From Candidatus Zhuqueibacterota bacterium (GTDB taxonomy: Bacteria > Zhuqueibacterota > Zhuqueibacteria > Thermofontimicrobiales > Thermofontimicrobiaceae): a stretch of DNA of 64,000 nt. Where the stretch lies: NCBI GenBank assembly GCA_049322915.1, contig JBMOPW010000016.1:199971-263970 (forward strand). The letters are read 5' to 3'. The translations under genes were made by a program, and so were the position numbers. Below are positions 1-8,770 of this stretch, piece by piece (within the stretch, counting starts at the first letter, position 1; every line of letters begins with the position of its first letter). Below the pieces are notes generated by a model. That model was not told the DNA's origin. It saw only the letters and a list, made by a program, of their open reading frames with translations, and did no database searches.

Positions 1-401
1 ATCAGGTTCTTCATGGAGTAAAATTGAATCTGTTTCTGAACGGTGGAAATCGACTCTATCTTTTCGTTGATTTTCAAAGTATCGAGGGTATCCTGTTTGA
101 GTAACTCGGTGAACTCGCGACGTTCGTCGCGCAACTCAGTCATCAGCGTTTTGAATCCTTTGAAAAATTCAGATCGCAGCGCATTCATCTGCTCTGTCTG
201 TTGAGGCGTTAAGTTCAAATCTTTCGCCAGTTTACTCTCAAAGGACTGTCGGCGATCCGAATCGCTTTGGTCTTTAGCATATTCTTTTGGAATCGATGGT
301 CTGTCGTGCTGAAACCAGCGATAGTAGCTGAATGTGACAATGGTCGAAATATTCAGGATGATCGAAAAGAACAAGAGCCAAATCAGTGCTTTTCTGCTCA
401 T
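1..401 (-). CDS. Spy/CpxP-like periplasmic (heavy-metal sensor family) protein, C-terminus runs off the window
   Basis: Not in ORF track; hand-translated from ATG at 401, which overlaps the anti-sigma stop (ATGA): MSRKALIWLLFFSIILNISTIVTF...LAKDLNLTPQQTEQMNALR... N-terminal TM helix, LNLTxxQ motif, helical body. Confidence 0.75.
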   Translation of the reverse strand, partial: MSRKALIWLLFFSIILNISTIVTFSYYRWFQHDRPSIPKEYAKDQSDSDRRQSFESKLAKDLNLTPQQTEQMNALRSEFFKGFKTLMTELRDERREFTELLKQDTLDTLKINEKIESISTVQKQIQFYSMKNL

Positions 402-898
402 TTGTTTGTACCTTTTGGTTCATTATTATCGGCAATCATGGATGCATAAATTTCACTCACAGAATTCGCAGGCAGATCGGAAAATGAACTGACAGATGTT
501 TGCTGCTCCATTTCCTGTTCCAGCGTGATGGAGATTGGCGCGTTGGCATCTTTATAAATGCTCTTACCCAGGTAAATTCCGATCATAATCCCGATGAGGA
601 ACACCAGTGTCGTGATGACCGGTTTTGGCAGCAACGAGAACGGCGCAGCCAGCCTGTCGATGAACCGCTTTTGCGCATCCTGCCTTTGGATCCGATGGGA
701 TAGCCTGGCCCAGAAATAGGGCGCGCTCGTTATGGTCTCCGCGTTCGATAGCTGGGACCATACCTGTTCCATCCGGCGCAGAATCGCCGAGCAATCCGGA
801 CATTCCCGCAGATGGCGCTGAATGTCCAGCTTCAGGGATTCGCTCACTTCGCCATCCTGAAAGGCGGATAATTTTTTTTTGACCTGGTGACACTTCAT
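398..898 (-). CDS. Zinc-binding (zf-HC2/ZAS) transmembrane anti-sigma factor
   Basis: MKC...HLRECPDC (HxxxCxxC), one TM segment, downstream of an ECF sigma; GGAGG RBS before ATG at 898. Confidence 0.9.
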   Translation of the reverse strand: MKCHQVKKKLSAFQDGEVSESLKLDIQRHLRECPDCSAILRRMEQVWSQLSNAETITSAPYFWARLSHRIQRQDAQKRFIDRLAAPFSLLPKPVITTLVFLIGIMIGIYLGKSIYKDANAPISITLEQEMEQQTSVSSFSDLPANSVSEIYASMIADNNEPKGTNK

Positions 899-1042
899 AT
901 CGTTAACCTCCAGCATATTAAACACAGTGTCAGGATAAAACTTGCGGTGGTTTTCTCCGACGAATTTCAGGGGCGCTGCCTGTCAGAGCATTCACTGAGG
1001 GAAATGCGGCGCCGGCTTTTGTTTGAAGTAAAGTCACAGGAC

Positions 1043-1648
1043 TCATTCCATCCTGTTGAGGCTTTTCAACTTCCTCTGCAAATTGAGTTTTGCCCGATGC
1101 AGTCGCGATTCGATCGCTGAGACAGTTGTATTCAGGACGGCGGCGATCTCCTGGTACGAGAGTCCTTCATATCGGTGCAGAATGACGACTGTCTGCTGAT
1201 TCTCTGGCAGGGACTGAATAGCTTGTTGAACGAGCATTTGCAGCTCTTTCTTTTCAAGTATGATATCAGGCTGCTCTTCGCTGATGAGGTCGGGTAGCCG
1301 ATCCCCGGTTGTCTGGCCGGATTCGAACTGGTGATTCAGCGAAAAGAAGTTCAGGATTTTTTTCCGACGCTGAAAATTGAGGCAGACATTCACCGTAATC
1401 CGGTACAACCAGGTGGAGAGCGATGCATCCGGACGGTAGCGCGGCGCAGCGTTCAAAATTCGAATGAAGACATCCTGGGCAATGTCTTCTGCATCGTTTT
1501 TATTGCCGACGAAACGGTAGCATAAATTGAGAACAGACAATTTATGCTGCTCGACAATCTCCCGAAATGCGGACTCATCGCCCTGCTGGAATCGAAGCAT
1601 CAGTTTTGTGCCAGTATCTTCCATTCGTGGTTTTTCGAATATATTCAC
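1043..1648 (-). CDS. ECF (sigma-70 family) RNA polymerase sigma factor
   Basis: Region 2 (DAEDIAQDVF, STWLYRITVN) and region 4 (LSYQEIAAVL...IESRLHRAK). Confidence 0.95.
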   Translation of the reverse strand: MNIFEKPRMEDTGTKLMLRFQQGDESAFREIVEQHKLSVLNLCYRFVGNKNDAEDIAQDVFIRILNAAPRYRPDASLSTWLYRITVNVCLNFQRRKKILNFFSLNHQFESGQTTGDRLPDLISEEQPDIILEKKELQMLVQQAIQSLPENQQTVVILHRYEGLSYQEIAAVLNTTVSAIESRLHRAKLNLQRKLKSLNRME

Positions 1649-1810
1649 TTTTCATTCAATTACGCGACCTATGCACGTTGAAACTCAATAAAAGATGCAC
1701 ACCTGATTTTATGACGACCGGCCCAGATCTTTTGTTTTGACATCGCACCGACAGGCGCGCGGGACTGCGGATTGCATGCGCGCCCCATCTCCGTTCGGCC
1801 AGAGATTGAA

Positions 1811-3502
1811 TTACTGAATCGTGAATCCAATGACGCGATAGTTGAACTCGTACGCCAGGCTGTTGCTCCATGCCGGCGCCAGAATGGTCTTGAAGCGCGT
1901 GCCATCGTCTGGGCCCACCGGTTTTCCGTAGGAATAGAACCAGTTCACAATGGGACGGCCGGAGAATCCCAGCGCGATCCAGTAGCGTCCCGGGGATATT
2001 GTGGGAGCGTCAGTTCCGAAATCAAAATCGACCCAATCGTAGCCCGGCGTGAATTTGATCTGATCCAGGCTCATCATCTCGCTGGTGGCAAGGGTCGCCC
2101 CGGGCAGGCCATTTTCATCCTTCAACAATTCCAGCCAGAGAAATCCGTTGCCGCCAAATTTGTGCAGCACCACCCCAATCTTGTTTGTCTTCATGGGTCG
2201 GTTCAATACAAAAACCTGGGCGTATTGCGCCTGCTCTGTGACATACTCCGCGGTCTCGACTAAAAAGTTCTTGCGCATCTCGAAATTATTGCCATCGGTG
2301 CGGGTCGCCGGTCCCCGAACTGCCAGGAAATCGACGTTGGCGGGAAATTCCAGATTGCCAAACATGAATGGTTTCGAGTAGGTCAGCACTTTCAATTTTT
2401 CTTCCGGGATTCTCAGCGGCGGCGCCTTTTTTTCTACCGGCACCGGCTGAAAGATGGCCTGAACCGAAGGCGTGAGCAGCAGTTTGCTCGGCCCGTACGA
2501 TTGTTTCTCCGCGGCGATATTCACCTGGTCGGAGACAAATGCGGCTTCGATGGATTCCTCGAACTGCGGCGTTGCCAGATCGCCTTTCATCTGGGTCCAG
2601 CGAATGAGTCCGTCCTGCGAGGTCTCCTCGTTATCCAGCCCGACTTCGACGCGAATGAACCGATTGCTGACGAATAACTGCGTCTGCTGGGGATCGAACG
2701 GGACCCAGCCCAGGTCCGGGAAATAGACCTCAATCCAGGAATGGCGCCCTTCGGCCATTTTCAGGGTCAGGTTCTGATTGCCCATTTTTAACGTGTAAGG
2801 TTGTTTCAGGGTGATGCCATTGACGATCCGCGCCGGAATTCCCACTGACCGCAGCAACGCTGCCGCAAGATGCGAATAGTTCTGGCAGTTGCCTTTGCCG
2901 GAGTTGAACGAATACAACGCACCGTATTCCTGGGGCACCAGCACGTAATTCATGTGGTCGATCACCCAGGTGAGAATTCGCTGCACAGCGTCGAATTCGA
3001 TCCTGGCGCCGGCCGTCAATTGTTTCGCCTTGGCCATGATGGACGCATGGGTGGAAGGCACCTGCTTGGTCGCCGTCAGGTACGGACTGATATCCGCCGG
3101 GACAGCGCCTAACGGGAAAGGTGACTTTGTGGTTAGCGGTTGCAGCAGGGTTTTATTCCGCGCAATCAGGCTCACTTCGGTCGTGACCGTGGATGTCGGC
3201 TGCGTCCAGGAAACCTTGACGACTTTATTACCGCGCTCATCAGTGTACTCTTCCTGTTTATCAGGCTGTGGAAAATATCTGAAATTCAGATTGGCAATGG
3301 TCTGATTGTATGTGGGCGACTGATAAGATACCGGCACAACGTAGCTCAGGTAAAGCGTGTGAATGGCCGGATTGGGCTCAACGGTTTGCACCATTTTATA
3401 ATTGATCTGGGACTCCTGTCCGCCATTCAGCAGATAATTCTCCCCGAAGGATGGGGCGCTGAATACGATGAGCAAAACGATACTGAGAAGAATTGTTTTC
3501 AT
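1811..3502 (-). CDS. Secreted transglutaminase-like (Cys-His-Asp) domain protein
   Basis: Signal peptide MKTILLSIVLL; GNCQNY (Cys), HSWIEVY (His), WVPFDP (Asp); extra C-terminal beta-rich domain. Confidence 0.88.
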   Translation of the reverse strand: MKTILLSIVLLIVFSAPSFGENYLLNGGQESQINYKMVQTVEPNPAIHTLYLSYVVPVSYQSPTYNQTIANLNFRYFPQPDKQEEYTDERGNKVVKVSWTQPTSTVTTEVSLIARNKTLLQPLTTKSPFPLGAVPADISPYLTATKQVPSTHASIMAKAKQLTAGARIEFDAVQRILTWVIDHMNYVLVPQEYGALYSFNSGKGNCQNYSHLAAALLRSVGIPARIVNGITLKQPYTLKMGNQNLTLKMAEGRHSWIEVYFPDLGWVPFDPQQTQLFVSNRFIRVEVGLDNEETSQDGLIRWTQMKGDLATPQFEESIEAAFVSDQVNIAAEKQSYGPSKLLLTPSVQAIFQPVPVEKKAPPLRIPEEKLKVLTYSKPFMFGNLEFPANVDFLAVRGPATRTDGNNFEMRKNFLVETAEYVTEQAQYAQVFVLNRPMKTNKIGVVLHKFGGNGFLWLELLKDENGLPGATLATSEMMSLDQIKFTPGYDWVDFDFGTDAPTISPGRYWIALGFSGRPIVNWFYSYGKPVGPDDGTRFKTILAPAWSNSLAYEFNYRVIGFTIQ

Positions 3503-3834
3503 GATGACTCCCGCGCTGATTAGTAAATTCATTCAATTGCTGGATTGGAATTTATGAATTTAACAGATGATTCACAAGCGAAATTTTCGTTGAGTCCCGG
3601 AAGGGACTTCGCACATCCAGGCGCGCTGTCCGGGGCAAACAGGTTGCCGAAGACAAAATGGCGCTGGATAGTAACCGTCGCAGTCAGACTTGAAAATGCT
3701 GGTGCTTTCACTGCTTCGACCGGATGAAATATGCCATGAATATATGAAAATAATCCGGATATATCAACCACAATTTCAACGAATTTCGGCCCCGGCGCAT
3801 CATGCAATTTCACCCGGCGCGTCGAAAAAATCAC

Positions 3835-3863
3835 TTGACAAATCAATTCTAAAATTGTATATT
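3835..3863 (+). promoter_or_regulatory. Sigma70-type promoter of the RpiR/cyanophycinase operon
   Basis: TTGACA (3835-3840), 17 nt spacer, TATATT (3858-3863), about 50 nt before the RpiR start. Confidence 0.7.
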
Positions 3864-3865
3864 GT

Positions 3866-3910
3866 TGCAAGAAAAATTTCATAATCAATAATTATGAAAT
3901 AAAAATTACA
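3866..3910. promoter_or_regulatory. Putative RpiR operator
   Basis: Perfect inverted repeat ATTTCATAAT-N5-ATTATGAAAT (3876-3900), overlapping two similar boxes TGCAAGAAAAATTTCA and TGAAATAAAAATTACA, between the -10 element and the start codon. Confidence 0.6.
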
Positions 3911-3915
3911 TACCG

Positions 3916-4776
3916 ATGGAAAAACGAAAAGCTATCGAAAGCGCTATTCTCAATGTAGTGCCTTCGCTGCCGGCCAATCAAAAGAAAGTGGCGAATTTCT
4001 TCCTGGAACATATCGATCTTGTTGCCCTGCTGCCCATCAAGGACGTCGCCAAAAAAGCTGAAGTCAGCGAAGCGTCCATCGTCCGATTCGCTCAGATGCT
4101 CGGATATAAGGGCTACAAGGAGTTGAAGGACGAACTGACAACCACACTGAAAAGCCAGCTTTCTCCTACTGAATTCTATCAATTCGCCATCTCAGAAAAA
4201 AGTAAAACCCCGGATATTTTCAAACTTGTCGCACACAATGTCATCACCAATATCAACGATAGCATTTCGAACATCGACATGAAAACGTTCTCTCACGTGG
4301 TTGATAGCATCATTTCAGCGCAGCGAATTTATTGTCTGGGAATGGAATTGTCCCATCACCTGTCGCGGCTGATGACCTTTTTGTTGCGCCAGTACAGTTA
4401 CGATGCAAATTATATGTCAGTTGATTTTTTGCAGTACCGCGAGCAGATCGCGTACATGAACAGCGCCGATCTGCTGATTGCCTTCAGTTTTTCGCCCTAT
4501 TCCAGGGAAACGGTGGAGGCGATCGGATTTGCCAGGGATCGGGGCATCAGGAGCATCGCGTTTACGGATAAAAAAACAGCGCCTATTCGGGAGTACGCCA
4601 CCTATTGCCTGCAAATCAAAACGGACAATATCATGTTCAGCAATTCGCTGGGAGCTATTGTCACTATCATTAATGCCATCATCATTGAGTTGAATTTTAG
4701 AGACAAAGAACGGACGCTTTCCGCATTGAAGATTATTGAAGAAAATATTAAGGACGAAAGGTACTTCATCTCATGA
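3916..4776 (+). CDS. MurR/RpiR family transcriptional regulator (HTH + SIS)
   Basis: HTH AKKAEVSEASIVRFAQMLGYKGYKELK; SIS domain DLLIAFSFSPYSRET...IAFTD. Confidence 0.95.
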   Translation: MEKRKAIESAILNVVPSLPANQKKVANFFLEHIDLVALLPIKDVAKKAEVSEASIVRFAQMLGYKGYKELKDELTTTLKSQLSPTEFYQFAISEKSKTPDIFKLVAHNVITNINDSISNIDMKTFSHVVDSIISAQRIYCLGMELSHHLSRLMTFLLRQYSYDANYMSVDFLQYREQIAYMNSADLLIAFSFSPYSRETVEAIGFARDRGIRSIAFTDKKTAPIREYATYCLQIKTDNIMFSNSLGAIVTIINAIIIELNFRDKERTLSALKIIEENIKDERYFIS

Positions 4777-5894
4777 ACGTCGATGAAAAGAAGCTGCTGG
4801 ATCTATTCATGCGCCTGATTCGCGTCGATAGCACGTCCCTCCACGAGCGGGCCATGGCGGATTTTTTAATTACTACATGCAACGATTGGAACATCAAGGT
4901 GGTCGAGGACGATGCCGCGGCCAAAGTCGGCGGCAACTCAGGCAATCTCATCATTCGTTTGTCTTCTGATTCGAACGATGCTCCACCATTGGCGCTGCTG
5001 GCGCACACGGATACAGTGCGCTCCACAGCCCAGGTGAAGCCCAACATCGAGCAGGGCGTGATTCGTTCCGATGGTTCAACAATTTTAGGAGCGGACAACC
5101 GCGGCGGTGTGGCTTTGATTTTGTACGTGATGCAGGAAATTATCGAACGAAAATTGAAACACCGCAGTCTGGAAATTGTTTTCACAGTCGCAGAAGAATT
5201 GGGAATGCTGGGGGCGCTGGCCCTGGACTACAGCCAATTGAAATCCCGGGAAGGCTATGTCTTCGATTGTTCGGCGAAACCCGGTAGCTACGTCAGCGAG
5301 TCTCCCACTGCCTACGATTTTCAGGTGACGTGCAAAGGCCGGCCGGCGCATTCTGCCGTTGCCCCGGAGAAAGGCATCAATGCCGTCCTGATGTCTCTGG
5401 ACGTCATGAATTCGTTTCCGGTCGGACGGCTCAATCAGCACACAGTGGCCAACATTGGCACGATTCAAGGCGGGACAGCCGATAATGTGGTCCCTGATCT
5501 GGTCAAAATCACCGGCGAATTTCGTTCGTTCGTTCCATCGGAAATTGATCGGCTGAAAATGATCCTGCAAAACGCGTGTCACTCAGCAGGGCAAAAATAT
5601 GGCGGTGTTTGCGATGTTGAGTTCAAGCTCAGCTTTAAGGGCTATACATTCAATTCGGCCATGCCAATGATTCGTCGGTTGCACGCGGCCATGCAGAAAT
5701 TGAATCTGGTCCCCAATGCCCTGGTCTATTCCGGGGGCAGTGACGTGAATGTGGTGAATGCCAATGGGATTCTGGCAGTGAATGTCGGGATTGGCGCCAG
5801 CAATCCCCATTCCAATGATGAACAAATCGCGATTTCAGATATGGCAAAAGGCGCAGCGTTGTTGCTGCACCTGATTGAAGCGGAGGAAGCATGA
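4773..5894 (+). CDS. M20 family peptidase T-like metallopeptidase
   Basis: AHTDTV, GADNRGG, AEELG, GGSDVN, NPHSNDE motifs; ATGA overlaps with both neighbours; no signal peptide. Confidence 0.92.
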   Translation: MNVDEKKLLDLFMRLIRVDSTSLHERAMADFLITTCNDWNIKVVEDDAAAKVGGNSGNLIIRLSSDSNDAPPLALLAHTDTVRSTAQVKPNIEQGVIRSDGSTILGADNRGGVALILYVMQEIIERKLKHRSLEIVFTVAEELGMLGALALDYSQLKSREGYVFDCSAKPGSYVSESPTAYDFQVTCKGRPAHSAVAPEKGINAVLMSLDVMNSFPVGRLNQHTVANIGTIQGGTADNVVPDLVKITGEFRSFVPSEIDRLKMILQNACHSAGQKYGGVCDVEFKLSFKGYTFNSAMPMIRRLHAAMQKLNLVPNALVYSGGSDVNVVNANGILAVNVGIGASNPHSNDEQIAISDMAKGAALLLHLIEAEEA

Positions 5895-6733
5895 GAAAAT
5901 TATTTTTCATTTCCCTTGTTCTGATCATGGCTCTGCTCGGCGGCGGGTCGTCTGCAAAAGAGAAAGGACATCTGCTCATCATCGGCGGCGGGGCCAAACC
6001 GCCGGACGCATTGGTCGAGTTCGTCACGCTGAGCCGGAGCGGTCACATCCTGATAATCACCTCAGCCAGCGGCGAACCGGAGTCCTACGGACCGGCGGTG
6101 GTGGAGCAATTCAAACAGGCCGGCGCCAAAAATGTGCACTGGCTGCACATCGACAGCCCGGAGATGGCGAACGCTGACTCCGTGGTGACGCGGATCGAAT
6201 CGTCGACCGGGATTTTTTTCACCGGCGGCATTCAGGAACGACTGATGCAACGCCTGGGAGGCACCCGCTCCGAGGCCGCTGTCGCCACACTCTATTTTGA
6301 AAAAGGCGGCATCATTGGCGGAACCAGCGCCGGCGCTGCAGTGATGAGCGAGGTCATGATTACCGGCAATGAATTGATCAACAAAGACACAACCGATGTG
6401 TTTTTCACCATTCAGGCAGGGAATATTGAAACGAAGCCGGGCTTTGGATTTTTGAAGAAGGTGATCATCGATCAGCATTTCATCGCGCGCAAGCGCCACA
6501 ATCGGCTCATCAGCCTTGTGCTGGAGCATCCCAAACTCGCGGGCATTGGCATCGACGAAGATACCGCGATCCTCGTGAGCCCGGACGATTCGTTCCGCGT
6601 GATCGGCACGGGATCCGTCGTGATCTACGATGCGCGCAAAGCCAAATCGGTTCGAATGGACCAATCCGGACTGTTGGCCGGCCAGGGACTCACCATGTCC
6701 ATTCTCCTCGCCGGAGATAAATTCCGCCTGTAG
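5891..6733 (+). CDS. cphB: Secreted cyanophycinase (peptidase S51)
   Basis: Signal peptide; IIGGG, FTGGIQ, GTSAGA (Ser), IDQHF (His) followed by RKRHNR, GIDEDT (Glu). Confidence 0.9.
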   Translation: MRKLFFISLVLIMALLGGGSSAKEKGHLLIIGGGAKPPDALVEFVTLSRSGHILIITSASGEPESYGPAVVEQFKQAGAKNVHWLHIDSPEMANADSVVTRIESSTGIFFTGGIQERLMQRLGGTRSEAAVATLYFEKGGIIGGTSAGAAVMSEVMITGNELINKDTTDVFFTIQAGNIETKPGFGFLKKVIIDQHFIARKRHNRLISLVLEHPKLAGIGIDEDTAILVSPDDSFRVIGTGSVVIYDARKAKSVRMDQSGLLAGQGLTMSILLAGDKFRL

Positions 6734-6903
6734 TGTTCTTTTCACGAATCCGGTGACGCAATCGCATTTCTCAATTTTCGCGCCATCTCCGGAGACCTGG
6801 CAACAGGACGAGGGCGCTGTTCAAAGCGGCAAAATTTGGGTTCGGCGACTTTGGTCAATTCAAAAGTCCACGGTTCCTGATACATTATTGAAAACAGAGG
6901 GAT

Positions 6904-8295
6904 ATGAAAATCAAATTTAATGTCAACACACTGGTGCTGATTTATGTCATTGTCATTCTCGTCGCGTTGCTCACGTGGATTGTTCCTGGCGGCGAATATC
7001 AGCGGGAAGTCCGGGATGGGAGAACGCTGGTAATCGCTGACTCGTTCACTTACGTCGACAGTCATCCCCAGGGCATTGGCGCTGTGCTAATGGCGCCGAT
7101 TCAGGGGTTCATCCAGGCTGCGCTGATCATCGCGTTCCTGTTCGTCATCGGCGGCGCGTTCAGCGTCATTCAGTCGACTGGCGCGATTACGGCATCGGTT
7201 CAGAAAATGGCTTTCTATTTCAGCAGTAAAAAGCATCTCCAGAAGTTTTTCATCCCGGTGACCATGCTGCTCTTTTCATTGGGCGGCACCTTGTTTGGCA
7301 TGTGCGAAGAGACCATGCCGTTCGTGCTGATTTTCATTCCGCTGTCGATTTCATTGGGCTATGATTCTCTGGTCGGAACGGCCATCCCATTTCTGGGCGC
7401 TGCTGCCGGATTTGCCGGCGCGATTTTCAATCCCTTCACTGTGGGCATCGCGCAAGGCATCGCAGAACTGCCGCTCTATTCCGGCATGGAATACCGCGCG
7501 TTTGTCTGGGTGTTGAGCACTGTTTTTATGACTGCCTTTGTGATGCGTTACGCCGCAAAAATAAAGGCGAACCCGAAGCTCAGTCCGGTCTACGAGATCG
7601 ATCAGGAACGGAAACATAACCTCCACCTGAACACCAACGAACAGACTGAATTTACGCTGTACCATAAACTGGTCATTCTGATCTTCGCTCTGGCCATGAT
7701 TCTTTTAGTGTTCGGCGTGCTGAAATTCCATTGGTACATCAATGAAATTGCTGGCCTGTTTTTGGGACTGGGCATCGTGGCCGGATTTCTGGGGAAATTG
7801 TCGCTCAATCAGATGACCGACAGCTTCAAGAATGGCGCGAAAGACATGATGGGTGTGGCGCTGATCATCGGCTGCGCCAAGGCCATTCTCGTCATTGCCA
7901 ATGACGGCAAAATTCTGGATGCCATGCTGTACAATCTGGCCAGTGTCATCACTCATTTTCATCGGATTGTTGCGGCTCAATCCATGTTCGTCACTCAGGC
8001 GATCATCAATTTCTTCGTGCATTCCGGTTCAGGCCAGGCTGCGCTGACCATGCCGGTCATGGCGCCGCTCGCTGACGTCATTGGCATTTCCCGACAGACG
8101 GCGGTGCTGGCCTTTGTCTTCGGCGAAGGCTGGATCAATCCCATTCTGCCCACATCCGGCGTCACCATGGGCGTGCTGGGGCTGGCCGGCATTTCCTGGG
8201 AGAAATGGGCGAAATGGATGCTGCCGATTCAGATTTTCTTCTTCATCGTAGCGCTGCTATTGTTAATTCCACCGGTGATTTTTCACTGGCAATGA
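6904..8295 (+). CDS. yfcC: YfcC/DcuC-like (basic amino acid/dipeptide) transporter
   Basis: LTWIVPGGEY, FGMCEET, NPFTVGIAQGIAELPLYSG, SGSGQAALTMP motifs; many TM helices. Confidence 0.88.
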   Translation: MKIKFNVNTLVLIYVIVILVALLTWIVPGGEYQREVRDGRTLVIADSFTYVDSHPQGIGAVLMAPIQGFIQAALIIAFLFVIGGAFSVIQSTGAITASVQKMAFYFSSKKHLQKFFIPVTMLLFSLGGTLFGMCEETMPFVLIFIPLSISLGYDSLVGTAIPFLGAAAGFAGAIFNPFTVGIAQGIAELPLYSGMEYRAFVWVLSTVFMTAFVMRYAAKIKANPKLSPVYEIDQERKHNLHLNTNEQTEFTLYHKLVILIFALAMILLVFGVLKFHWYINEIAGLFLGLGIVAGFLGKLSLNQMTDSFKNGAKDMMGVALIIGCAKAILVIANDGKILDAMLYNLASVITHFHRIVAAQSMFVTQAIINFFVHSGSGQAALTMPVMAPLADVIGISRQTAVLAFVFGEGWINPILPTSGVTMGVLGLAGISWEKWAKWMLPIQIFFFIVALLLLIPPVIFHWQ

Positions 8296-8573
8296 ACCTG
8301 TCGGGAAGACTCGTATCACGGTACTGATCTCGCTGGATTTTCATCCAGCGCGGGCAATGGCTGGGACGTATGTCCCCGAATGGGCGAACGTTCGGCTGGT
8401 GGTTACAACTGACGAAACAGTTACCAGTTCCAGTCTTTCGACATCTTTTTTTCTTGGAGTACTTGGTGAAGACTTTGAGCTTTGAGGTGAAGGTTTACAG
8501 TGCGTACGTTTGATTCAGGAATAAATTTTAAAAAAGTTAAACACGGCAATTATCTATGAATCCACTCCAACAA

Positions 8574-8730
8574 GGGGCTGAAGCCCCAAAATCAGAGGTG
8601 AATTTCTGTCCCCCGACTTAAAAGTCGGGACTGTTCAAGTTATCTAAATTTCAAATTTATCAATGAATTGCCACGTCATTCATAACGTGGAAAAGATTTT
8701 ATAACCAACGTATCAAGCCTTTTAAGGCTT
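8574..8730. repeat. Cluster of four short REP-like palindromes
   Basis: GGGGCTGAAGCCCC (8574-8587), CCCGACTTAAAAGTCGGG (8612-8629), CCACGTCATTCATAACGTGG (8671-8690), AAGCCTTTTAAGGCTT (8715-8730) in AT-rich spacer DNA. Confidence 0.6.
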
Positions 8731-8770
8731 TTTAGAGTCGACCCAGCAATTAAAATGAAGGAGGTAGGTT

